A DNA stretch of 64,000 bases from Eledone cirrhosa (lineage: Eukaryota), in NCBI GenBank assembly GCA_964016885.1, contig OZ024755.1:1364001-1428000 (forward strand), read 5' to 3'. Positions 12,701-22,273 of the stretch are shown in pieces. Every line of letters starts with the position of its first letter. Position 1 is the first letter of the stretch. Under the pieces are notes generated by a model. That model saw only the letters and a program-made list of their open reading frames with translations, had not been told where the DNA came from and made no database searches. Position numbers and translations under genes: made by a program.

Positions 12701-14138
12701 GCCTACTGACTGTAGGTTTCGCTTTGTACTTAGGCAAGGCGGGACTTCTGTATTACTACGTAGCGCCAAAGATCTCGGTTCAGTGACATATATATATATA
12801 TAACGAATGAAGTGTGGTAAGGAACCAGGTACTCGATACTTAGTGTAGTAAAGTGGGTGAGAGAGAGAGAGAGAGAGAGTACAATAGTCAAATAAAATAT
12901 GTCCACTTTAAAAACTTGACATTTTACTGGTAAATAACATGTTTGATATAAGGTCACCAAGTGTACACTAAAATAAAGAACATTTTTTACACTTTTATAA
13001 AAACACTTGTTTATTTTATTTTTTATTTTCTCTAATCATTTGCAGAAGACAAGCAGCCAGATGATGAAGGAGGTACTGAACCTAAAGACCTGAGGAATTA
13101 TCTTGGAATTGAAGGAGTGCCAAGCATTCTTTTAGCTGACGATATGGGTAAAAAAATCTCATATTTATTATGACTTAACTTTCAGAAGAATTAGTAAAGT
13201 TATTCAATAAATAAGGAAATCTTTCTACAGTTGTTGTTTTTTTTTACCTCAAATTGCAAACTTTGGAATTCTCTTCCATTTCATTCTTATGACTAACCCT
13301 ATATTTGTTTATCTTCCTTCCATTCAGGTTACATTCAATGGCATGGCAGGTTTTGTGCCCCAAATTACAAGTTGTTTTCATCCTTCCTAAAACATGCCCT
13401 ACATCAAGTCAACTCTGTTAATGAAAAGAACTGTATTCACTGTGAGATGGAATATTCTCAAGACACTGATATAGACTGTACGTAATATTTCTTCATATCT
13501 CCCTCATCTTTTAATAATCAACAACAATGTTTTAAGGCCATTTTCCTTGCTAATTATTTTACCCAAAATTTATTTCTTCAAAATAATGGTATGGGTCTTA
13601 TCACCATTTAACCACACTAGTATAAGATAGACGAGTTGTCCTGCTGTGAGACAAGTCAGATCTGGTGACCATCTCTTACTCATGCAGAACTGTTTCAGGC
13701 TTGGTTCCTACAGTTCGATGTTCTTCCTAAGACAATAATTTGAGAGAGATTTCACTGCTATTGTATCAGTTCAAGTGACCACCTCCACATAAAAATTCCT
13801 TCATTGGTTTCATTCTTCAGTTGTTGAATGAGTTTGAAGGAGAATGATAGAAAATAAAGAAAAAGGAATAAACTCTTCTTCTTCCACCACCACCCTTTTA
13901 TCTACAATTAATGGAAGTCTTGTCTTGTCTCTTTACAGTTACCCAGCAACTACTCAGTGAAAGTGATTCTCTCTTAGAAAAAATAGCTTACCAAAAACAG
14001 CCGTTGTCTGGAAGCAAGATGAAGAAAATGCTATTTAAACGTCCCAATAGTAACCAAAGTTATTATTCTTTTGAAAAAGATTTAAATTTTCAAGAAGGTC
14101 AACTCATTGATTTAAATACCCATGATATGGAAAAATGA
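531..14138 (+). CDS. 5'-partial 17-exon gene: multiple FN3 domains plus C-terminal thioredoxin-like (TlpA/redoxin-type) domain, ~820 aa in window
   Basis: Exons 531-607, 1588-1864, 3002-3180, 3320-3500, 6416-6586, 6908-7033, 7986-8140, 8345-8426, 8635-8713, 8921-9057, 9735-9892, 10323-10529, 11296-11359, 12173-12290, 13046-13147, 13328-13477, 13939-14138. All AG/GT bounded, phases compatible, total 2463 nt with no internal stop, ending TGA; AATAAA near 14294. FN3 signatures IYLEW..SYKIQW, ISIEWKKP..GYLVFIN, LIVSWDKP..YYKI, LDISW..GYQLLLDG; thioredoxin signatures LVLFWLPWCHPC and GIEGVPSILL. Confidence 0.88.
645..1500. repeat. G-rich 42-bp minisatellite
   Basis: Unit gggtgggtgggggagtgtatagggggaggggacctctgttgt with variants. 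Confidence 0.95.
1588..1864 (+). CDS. FN3-thioredoxin gene exon (VYKFNLVALS...YKIQWSSVAQPE)
   Basis: Polypyrimidine tract + ag, GAG|gtaaaa; FN3 W/Y motifs. Confidence 0.88.
3002..3180 (+). CDS. FN3-thioredoxin gene exon (AREVSLL...CLPGVIHYLRL...TSAPPNIP)
   Basis: ttttctag acceptor, AG|gtaggg donor, LxPGxxY FN3 motif. Confidence 0.85.
3320..3500 (+). CDS. FN3-thioredoxin gene exon (ISIEWKKPEEYGEAKINGYLVFIN...YSFQIQ)
   Basis: tttcag acceptor, CAG|gtaaat donor. Confidence 0.9.
3575..5385 (-). mobile_element. 5'-truncated RTE-clade non-LTR retrotransposon, antisense in an intron
   Basis: Open 464-aa frame 3972-5366 with RT motifs QFGF, FVDLEKAFD, GVHQGSVLSPLLF, LLYADD, FRYLG, RLRWYGHV, GRPRKTW; 3' UTR ending in (GAT)n tail. 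Confidence 0.95.
5449..5560 (-). ncRNA. Type I hammerhead-ribozyme-like motif (probably a Penelope/retrozyme remnant)
   Basis: Minus strand tgct-CTGATGA-[long stem II]-GAAAC-attt-GTA-agca: stem I tgct/agca, short stem III, imperfect base of stem II. Confidence 0.5.
5750..6022 (-). mobile_element. tRNA-derived SINE family B
   Basis: Colinear with 32085-32360 (-), 34660-34943 (+) and 84-236; core ttcatgttgctccagt.tactca.ctg..aatgagtacc, tail agactttagacttt. Confidence 0.8.
6416..6586 (+). CDS. FN3-thioredoxin gene exon (ALTNCEWLSSK...IVSWDKP...YYK)
   Basis: ccag acceptor, AAG|gtaagg donor. Confidence 0.88.
6908..7033 (+). CDS. FN3-thioredoxin gene exon (ITCSDHSNG...YLITLKIY)
   Basis: ttctag acceptor, gtaagt donor, open in phase 0. 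Confidence 0.82.
7446..7666. mobile_element. piggyBac-like MITE
   Basis: TIR CCCTTTAGCATTT...AAATGCTAAAGGG followed by TTAA; internal homology to 38130-38350. Confidence 0.85.
7667..7990. repeat. 57-bp minisatellite abutting a splice acceptor
   Basis: ttaaatctgatatattttattctcaattctatctatatcactacaaaatattacagt repeated ~5.5 times. Confidence 0.95.
7986..8140 (+). CDS. FN3-thioredoxin gene exon (LYNCNKIICSE...LLNARD)
   Basis: ttctag acceptor, gtaagt donor. Confidence 0.82.
8345..8426 (+). CDS. FN3-thioredoxin gene exon (LIGRYNNKQKLKR...NNQ)
   Basis: tttcag acceptor, gtaagt donor, phase fits. Confidence 0.75.
8635..8713 (+). CDS. FN3-thioredoxin gene exon (EMLAIKTSLKLETLLEQYVTALNSYT)
   Basis: acag acceptor, CAG|gtaact donor. 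Confidence 0.78.
8921..9057 (+). CDS. FN3-thioredoxin gene exon (QVHLDISW...GYQLLLDG)
   Basis: tttcag acceptor, gtaagt donor, FN3 motif. Confidence 0.85.
9142..9390 (+). mobile_element. SINE family C (shares head/core with B; tail ending in (CA)n)
   Basis: Near-identical inverted copy at ~35015-35262. Confidence 0.8.
9735..9892 (+). CDS. FN3-thioredoxin gene exon (LKVDDRSHTV...YCYCKGHVNGA)
   Basis: tttcag acceptor, gtgagt donor. Confidence 0.85.
10323..10529 (+). CDS. FN3-thioredoxin gene exon (WPTAGCC...PTLVLFWLPW)
   Basis: Long pyrimidine tract + tag, TG|gtgagt donor. Confidence 0.88.
10910..11267. repeat. ~19-bp minisatellite
   Basis: gttaatctgtc(c/t)gaccag(a/g) units. Confidence 0.95.
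11296..11359 (+). CDS. FN3-thioredoxin gene exon carrying CxxC (CHPCKKVLNFLVTFVQEHPNM)
   Basis: cccag acceptor, ATG|gtaagt donor; completes WCHPC. Confidence 0.88.
11380..11790. mobile_element. Two head-to-head SINE family A copies
   Basis: Minus copy ~11380-11570 and plus copy ~11595-11790 share the core with 289-478. Confidence 0.8.
11840..12080. repeat. Palindromic AT-rich repeat (tatagtactata)
   Basis: Direct reading. Confidence 0.85.
12173..12290 (+). CDS. FN3-thioredoxin gene exon (FCYLSINCG...HMIL)
   Basis: ttcag acceptor, gtaaga donor. Confidence 0.8.
12345..12790 (-). mobile_element. Short 3' fragment of the same RTE family
   Basis: Colinear with 3580-4032 (3' UTR plus DRDLWRY-like ORF end), (GAT)n tail. 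Confidence 0.9.
13046..13147 (+). CDS. FN3-thioredoxin gene exon (LGIEGVPSILLADDMG, cis-Pro loop)
   Basis: tgcag acceptor, gtaaaa donor; thioredoxin-fold GVP motif. Confidence 0.85.
13328..13477 (+). CDS. FN3-thioredoxin gene exon (YIQWHGRFCAP...CIHCE...)
   Basis: ttcag acceptor, gtacgt donor. Confidence 0.82.
13939..14138 (+). CDS. FN3-thioredoxin gene terminal exon
   Basis: ttacag acceptor, phase 1 fits, TGA at 14136-14138. Confidence 0.78.
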
Positions 14139-15101
14139 AATGTGAGCAGATTCATAACATTTACAAACACACATACTTACGTATATACATGTAGATAACA
14201 TAATTTACTACATATAACAGCTAGATGTGTGCCTAGTTCTTAGTTTAATATTCAACACAAAATGAAATGGTTAACCTTTTCATGACCATTTCTAATAAAA
14301 AAATTTTGAGGGGATTTCCTAAAATGATTAATTATCTCATTAGTAAGATAGTAACTTAATGTAAGGTTCTTATATAAAATTGTTGAAAGATTTTAATATA
14401 AATTGGAAACCTTTAAAATGGGTGATTTTATTTGATAGAACCAGAGCCGGGTTGATAAACAGTTTTAAAAAATATTATATATATACACACACATACATGC
14501 CCAGCATAACACATCATATATTTTATATTTGTTTGTATGTGACTAGATTAACACTTTCATCAACTTATTCTTTTAGAATGCTATTTGTAACTGTTTTAAG
14601 TCAGAAACAAACAGAATTAAGTCAAATACTTGCCGAAAGCTTATGAACATTTGATGTGGCGTGGTACATAGACATATATACATACTCTGTGGTGTACTAG
14701 AAATGCCAGCTGCATGCTTCCATTCAAATCTTATTTGGAAATTGCCTCCCTTGCTCTTCTTTACCAGAATTATTATAGCTACTGGTATATTCTCTGCACT
14801 AAGTATGTAATTTAAATGTTTTTCTTTTATTGTTGACTACATTATATAAAACATTACTTAACTATGTCTTTCAGGCAGAAGGCATCCCTGGGTAAATTTC
14901 TTTCCCCAATTCTTATTCCTGTCAATGTTCATCCAAGTTTTGGTAAGACTATTGCTTAGCTAATAAGAGTGAAACATGTCCTCAGTTGTCACCATATTTG
15001 CTACAAATTAATACGCAGATTTCCAGAGTATTGCTGATTACTAATATAATAAATTTCTTTAATGATATTGTTTTTAACTCTGTAATATCCTTTATTTTTA
15101 A

Positions 15102-15662
15102 CACGACCTGTCCAATTGGAGACCCCTGCCGTATATCGTTTATACACCAGGCTTCTCTCCAAAAGAATGTTTCAGGTAACCCCCTTGAACCCTGCCCAAA
15201 GAGGGTTCATCAATGCTGACGGTTGCAGTGAGAATTTATTCTTACTGCGACAGCTTCTTGGGCGCAGCATGGGAGGACCAGCTCGATCGAGGATTCGGCA
15301 GTTGGACGTTACCTTCTTAGATCTGGCTAAGGCTTTCGACAGTTCCGCATTCACTTGTGAAAGAGTGGTAGCACACCCCTAGCCCACCTTCTGCGGGGAA
15401 ACGCATTTGTTTACTTTATTATCCTTAATTAACAAGTTCCCTCCTTTTTACTAATTTTTTTTCTTTTAAAAGAAGATAAGACTCTACACGTGCTAAGGAC
15501 GTACATCCGAGCGGAGCTCAGGCACTTAGTATACAGATAGGACTTTCTAACACCGGATGGACAGTGAGTACATCGATATGCGTGTCTGCTATTGACATGG
15601 CACGTGGGACCGCCCACACAAAAAAAAAGGAAAAGGCAACTTGCTATAGAGTGCTAGTAAAT
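15102..15662 (+). mobile_element. Degenerate, internally deleted R2-clade retrotransposon remnant
   Basis: DLSNWRP / YRLYTRLLSKRM..PLNPAQRGFINADGCSENLFLL...FLDLAKAFDS are R2-type RT motifs; directly followed by the 28S R2 target sequence. Confidence 0.8.
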
Positions 15663-15822
15663 TAGCCAAATGCCTCATCATCTAATTAGTGACGCACATG
15701 AACAGATCAAATGAGATTCCCACTGTCTAGCGAAACCACTGCCAAGGGAACAGGCTTGGAAGGAAGACCCTGTTGAGCTTGACTCTAGTCTGGGTTTGTG
15801 AAGGCACACAGTAGGCGGGAGC
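15663..15822 (+). pseudogene. 28S rRNA pseudogene fragment beginning at the R2 insertion site
   Basis: tagccaaatgcctcatcatctaattagtgacgcacatga...gagattcccactgtc..tagcgaaaccac.gccaagggaac.ggcttgg..gaagaccctgttgagcttgactctagtctg matches conserved eukaryotic LSU rRNA with CpG decay and small deletions. Confidence 0.92.
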
Positions 15823-16686
15823 ATTCTTGCGTCTCTTGGTGGCGTCGCTTGTGGGCCAGCCAGTTTTTACCGACCGGCTTTGTGGCGGCGTTTGATACTT
15901 TTATCAAAACTCTTGTGCTGTTATTTTTTTTTTTGCGTAAATATAAGTCCCTACCCCAAAAATAAGCCCTAGTGCCCTTTAGGGAAAAATAATGTAAGAC
16001 CTGTCTTAGGGGAAATACAGTATATATAAATATACATACATGGCTGATACGTGTTTGTGTGTGAACACACCTATCAATATCATCAGATGGGAGATGGAGT
16101 ATGTGTAATTTATTTAGCTTCAACTAAACACACAATATTTTCTGGTTAAGAATATTCCTTGGCTTATATTTTAGTATATATGCTACGTTCTTTAGAAAGA
16201 CATTGTCAGTTTAGTTGGATATGGTACTGATATTATGTAGGGGTCAGTTTAGTTGGATACAGTATTGATATTATGTAGGGGTCACTTTACTTGGGTACAG
16301 TATTGATATTATGTAGGGGTCAGTTTAGCTGGATATGGAAGATTTACAGGAAAAAAATCATGTGAAATTCGGAAAAAGAGAAACTTTTGCAATAGAAAAC
16401 AAGAATTAGTTTTATAGTATTTATAGTTCATTAATAATTAAAATAAATTACATAATTTAAAAATGATCATCAAAGGACACCATTAGTGAACTGCTACTCT
16501 TGTCTCTTAAGTCTTCAATAGCAAAAGAAAGGGTTTATATTTTAATAAATGCCATTTCATTTTTGTTGTTCAAAAATGTTCACCTCAATTTCTTTTTCTC
16601 AGATTATATTTTACATAAACTGAAGAAGTGTCCATGTTGTAATTTGGAGGGTTTTTTTGTTTGTTAGTTTGTGTCATAATTGAAAT

Positions 16687-17557
16687 TTAATGCCAGCTCT
16701 GTGGTGCCGTCTTCATGATGCCAAATGAAACGTTTTCTGTACTTTTTAACATCAGTATTTGTCTGCAATGAGAAGGAAGAAATATATATAGCATCACATT
16801 TATATATAGAAACTGGTTGAGAGGACCCTTCAGCTGTGTCAAAGACACAATCTCTCTAGTATTGGTGATCTACATGATAAACACACTCAGTGGTTGGTGT
16901 TAGGAAGGGCATCCAGCCATAGAAAGTTTGTCAAACAAGGGCTTAAGAGGATCCTTCAGTTTGTGTCAAAAAACAACTCCTCCTCGGCACTCAATAATGG
17001 CCATACGAAAGCTGGATACAGACCCCCTTGGCCTGTCTTTGTAGACTCGTAGACCCATCCAACCCGACCACTTTACTGGGTGCTTTTTGTTGTGACACCA
17101 AATGACCACTTTACAGTGTGGCTATGCTCTAGATATTAGTTTACCAATAACATCTTTCTGTATTAACGAAGGTTATAACAACAACTTACCCTCCTTCAGA
17201 TTCCATTGTAATCACAGGTGAATGACTTTCATCTTGCCGTAACGAACGACCACAATGAGCAAGGGAGGTAATCAAACCAGCATGACACGTAGACAGATTC
17301 CCTTTCACTAAAATAGAAAATATCAAAACATCAGTCGGCTTTTTGTTGTTTGTAAAGTTATTAAGATAGTTTTATAATAAAGAGAAAGTGGAGAGCTAAG
17401 GTAGAGGGTAGCTAAAGGGATGAATATATATAGAGAGAGGAGAAGGTAGCTAAATGAAGTGTGGAACAATAAGATAAGAGAGAGATGACATTTACCTCCA
17501 AGGCAGAGACCATGTTGGTCAGTACAGATCACACCAGTTACCTCAGGATTATCTCCT
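16687..17557 (-). CDS. LAMTOR5: Ragulator complex subunit LAMTOR5 (HBXIP), last three coding exons
   Basis: Exons 17557-17496 (62 nt), 17307-17190 (118 nt), 16762-16687 (76 nt) splice to GDNPEVTGVICTDQHGLCLGVKGNLSTCHAGLITSLAHCGRSLRQDESHSPVITMESEGGQILMLKSTENVSFGIMKTAPQSWH*, matching the recalled LAMTOR5 pattern GVLCTDxQGLxLG..G.LS..HAG.I..LA...PVV.LES..G.I.I. Start exon not identified. Confidence 0.9.
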
Positions 17558-20165
17558 CTGAAATACAGATATAGATGATATACAACAGCATAAAATCTAA
17601 ACTCTTTAAAAAGTTATTTCAGTTTCCACATATCAAGATGTCAACTAAGGAACTATAGACGTACAAAAAAAAAAAAACACAACTTTACATTTGATCATTC
17701 TAGCATGAATTGGTCAGCTCATCAGTTTGATTTAGTTATTGTCCAAGACAGGTCAAGGACTATATTTGGTATGGTTTCTACAGCTGGATGTCCTTCATAA
17801 CACCAGCTACTTTACAGAGTGTACTGGGTAAATGTTATTGTGGTATCAGCACTTAAGAAGTTAAGTTTAAATGGTTCCCCCAAGTCTATATATTTTCCAT
17901 TCCCAATCACATTAATTAGACCACAAATACACTATTTCTAAAGTTTATTATATCGCCTGAACAGATCTTAGTCATAGTTCATATATTTAGAATAATTATT
18001 GTAAAGTTAATCTAATATAAAAGTTATTACAAAAATGTGAAATATTCTTTATCCAGGAAGGAAATGAGAATGTAGCGACCTACACAAATCTGCATTTTTT
18101 TTACTTCAATCTCCACATAGGCAAACTGCAATCTTAAAAGTTTCAAGGGAGATAACATAATGTTAGCTAGAGTTATGCTTCTTGAATTTTTGTAATAATA
18201 TTTATACTATACCATAGAAATAGTACTAAATTCTTCCTTAAAAATTTGGAAGCCTGTTTTATTCATTAAATTTCTCTTTCAAATTGGATGGAGATGACCA
18301 TCGGCAAGGACGAGTCCCGCCAACTCGACTGACCATTTCAGCTCATCTCCTTCACCATCATCCGGACTAACACATTCGCCATTTTGTCCGCCGTGACCAT
18401 TAAATATTTTACATGACATGCTGTGATTTACTTTGTTTATTGTAAAATAAAAATATATATACATATTCTATTTTTTAAATTGATTTTACCACATAAGCCG
18501 AGGAATTCTACAACAATAAAAGGGTCTCTAACAAGATTCTCCATTTTAAACAGCGATATCGTCTGCTTGGCATCAACGTGATGTTTATATTCGCGAAGAA
18601 AGGTAACAATATAATTTATGCTAAGTCCTATCTGTAACTTTAACACTAATGAAACATAGAATTATTGTCCAGTTATTTCAGTTTTAAAATGATCTCTCCC
18701 TCATAAATATACTTACATGAACATTTTGAAATATTGCATATCTTTAGGCAAGACACTTAACTCAATTACTTTGATGCCCATGGCAAGACAAATATGCAAC
18801 AGTGGTCAACATATATATAAGGCTACCTCATTGAATAAGGGAGCAGTATTTTACACGAGAGAAAAAGCAGTCTAGCTAACTGCTATTGAGAATGTCTTTG
18901 ATACCAAATTTCTAATGAAAGATACTGCCTATGATTCTCAAAGATTTGGAGGGATTTAGTAATTTAACAACTTATTAAAATGGTGTTTGGAACGTAACAA
19001 AGGCTCTACCATAAATATAAACACTTTAAAACAAACAGTTTGGTATCAGGAAAGTCAGTTATATTACCAAATACCTCAAAATGATTTGAAAATTGTAGGC
19101 ATTGAATTTCATTAGAAATATGGTAAGAAAAGGGTTAAATAATACTGTAAAATGTTTGTCTGTGTATTCTAACCAAGACATTAATATAGAAAATATTTCG
19201 GTAAGAGTAAGCAATACTTATCAAGTTTTTACCAATTTACATTGTGACATTTCATATCAGACAACAATATCGGATAACAGAATAACAACAGATATAAGAA
19301 TGAAGAATTTGAATTAGTTCTAAGGTGTTTTTCAATATGAAGAACAAGATTCAGTTATGAAAGCTTCTCAGTAAACATTAAGGAAACGATAGTAGAATTC
19401 TTGCAATGGAAAGAGAAGAGTGAAATGAATGGTCTTTAAAATCTACAATGAAAAGTGAATGGTAAGTTAACATTTAAAGAAAACACTTGAGTAAGAATGA
19501 CATTTAATGAGAATGGATAGGAACTGATTTATTGAAGTTCTATGAACTTATAATAAATGGTAGCTAGAAAAGTGAAGAACCGAGAAAGAGTGGACCAAAT
19601 CAACTTTTGATTTGGAAATCTAATGGAAGAACAATTGATGAAGAATGCCAGATAATCTACTTATAGTTCCACCCAGCTTACATAAGTAGACAGAAATCAC
19701 CTATATATATATATATCACCATTTAACATCCATTATTCCATGCTAGCATGGGTTAGACAAGCTGTCCTGATATGAGCCAGATCAGATGACTTGGTTTCTA
19801 CTGCTGGATACCCTTCCTAATGCCAACCACATTTACGGTGGGTACTGGGTGCTTTCTGCTGTGAGACCTACACAACCTCTTCTAATATATATAGTGTAGA
19901 TGAGTCAATGAATTACTGGTAGTGGTGGTACCAATATGAGGAGTACTCAATGCACAGGCAGAGTGTATATACGAAAATATGATGAAGTTTTGTTTAAATA
20001 TCAACCAGTTACATATTTTTCACAGATGATTGTCTCAAGGTAACCCATGGAAGTTATGGAACCAACTCCAGCATCAATCTGCTTATTTCTAAAAACATAA
20101 GACTTTCAGAAAGGTTTTTCTATTAATAAATCAACACTTTAAACCAAATTTCAAGATTATTTACA

Positions 20166-20275
20166 ACCAAATAAATGGTTGTTACTTTGGACCGGTGTTT
20201 TCAAACCAAATATATATATATATATATATATTTGGTTTGAAAACACCGGTCCAAAGTAACAACCATTTATTTGGT
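20166..20275. repeat. Perfect 110-bp palindrome centred on (TA)10
   Basis: 45-bp arms exactly reverse-complementary. Confidence 0.95.
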
Positions 20276-21716
20276 ATAAAGAGTTGATTTAATACAAGTG
20301 ACTTATTTTAATAGAAAATAGATTTTTCTGGTAGTCTGAAAGTGTGTTTTTAGAAATAAGCAGATTATTTTCGTTTTAGATCTTTTGAAAATTTAGTTTT
20401 ATTAATTAAATGTTACAAACGTATCATAAATTAATATCTTATACATGACAATATCACGACGGTCGCACCAACCCTAAAATAATACAACCCCACTAGAAAA
20501 CATTGTTTTATATTGTAATTAAGGAGTTTTTAATTATAAATTAAATTGTTAACACTGTAAAAAGGTGTCTTGTTGGTTAAGAACGATGGCTATAGTTTTG
20601 TCTTAAATATATAATATACAACTAACTACATATAATTTCATGTTTAACTAAGTAATTTATAAATAAACAACAGTATATACTTAATGTATATTTATCTACG
20701 TTGCCTGGTTTAAAAACATAACAAGCACTTGGGCCTTGGATGTGTTTTAATAGAGTTCTCTGATGTAAAACATTGGGACCACACCTGTCGCAGAACTCAT
20801 TAAAAATACAGGTATTACTATACAACAACACACCCTTCCCTTTCATGTGCTACCAACTAATCCCACCTCCAACATGTTCACAATCGGAAGGAGTGCATAT
20901 GAGTAAATATACACCCTTCTGTTTATATAACGGGTGTATATAAGTAAATATACACCCCTTCCGTTTATATAACGGGTGTATATAAGTAAATATAGATCAA
21001 AATTAATGTTAGATCGGAATAACATTTCTATTTTTAATTTCCTTTTCCCTTTAATAGTGTGTATTGTTTTTGTATAAAATATTTATTACGAACGACATAT
21101 TTCCAAGTACCAGTGATACACTGAGGTAGATTATATATAATCGAATATAGCCGTTCCCTTAAACACAAGTACTTGTGTCTTATGTTAGAAATCAATATTT
21201 CTAAAAGGTGACAATAAAATCAAAGGAAACGACCGAAACAGGAGAGATCGAAGGTGAATATTCTGACAAACTATTTAGTTCCATTTACCTTCGTATCTTA
21301 AAATATTGCTTTATATTATAAATCTGATGTTGATAAAATAATACCAGTAATATAATGAGTTGAAATACAGCTTTTCTTTCCCCTTTAATATTTCAAAGAA
21401 ATCTCGAAGTTATTAAACAATCTCATGAGTTTTAGTTTAGAATCAGACATGTAAAGATATTTAGATGTAAATATAGAGAAAATAACCACAATAAGTCTTT
21501 AAATAATGGTTTTATACAAGCATAGGAAATAACTTTTAAATATATCATTGAATAAAATATTAAATAAGTCAGAAGGACATCCCCAACATAGAACTAACTA
21601 GAGTTTGTAAATAATTACTTTAAATAATTAACATCAAATTATAAACCTAATTATATACGAGTGTCAGCTGAAATGTTGATAAGGTGACCAAGATACTCTC
21701 ATGGAATCATCAAATG

Positions 21717-21898
21717 AGGTTTATATTTAGAGTAGATCTTATATTGTAGAGCAACATAAATGAAGCAAGGGTTTATATTTAGAGTAGATCTTATATTGTA
21801 GAGCAACATAAATGAAGCAAGGGTTTATATTTAGAGTAGATCTTATATTGTAGAGCAACATAAATGAAGCAAGGGTTTATATTTAGAGTAGATCTTAT
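21717..21898. repeat. ~54-bp tandem repeat x3
   Basis: ggtttatatttagagtagatcttatattgtagagcaacataaatgaagcaag. Confidence 0.9.
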
Positions 21899-22144
21899 AA
21901 TTGTTTCTACTTTTGGCACAAGGCCAGCAATTAACCAGTACATTACTGGTACTTTATTTTATCGACCCCGTAAAGGAAACACAGTATAAATGTGTGTAGC
22001 GGAAGTTTAACAATAACGCATTTCTCTCTAGCTTTGATTATATATTTTTGTATATTATATATTTATAAGGTTCCTAGCTATAATTAATTGATTATATGTA
22101 TGTACTTTTATTTGATCTTATATATGTTATATAACAAACATCTA

Positions 22145-22186
<42 letters not shown>

Positions 22187-22235
22187 GTGTGTGATTACTG
22201 GTGGTGGTACCAAAACAAGCACTAGATACAGTCAG

Positions 22236-22273
<38 letters not shown>

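Noticed and set aside
15663-15822. Functional 28S rRNA gene
   Set aside because: Only ~160 bp, with deletions and substitutions in invariant positions, and no other rDNA parts
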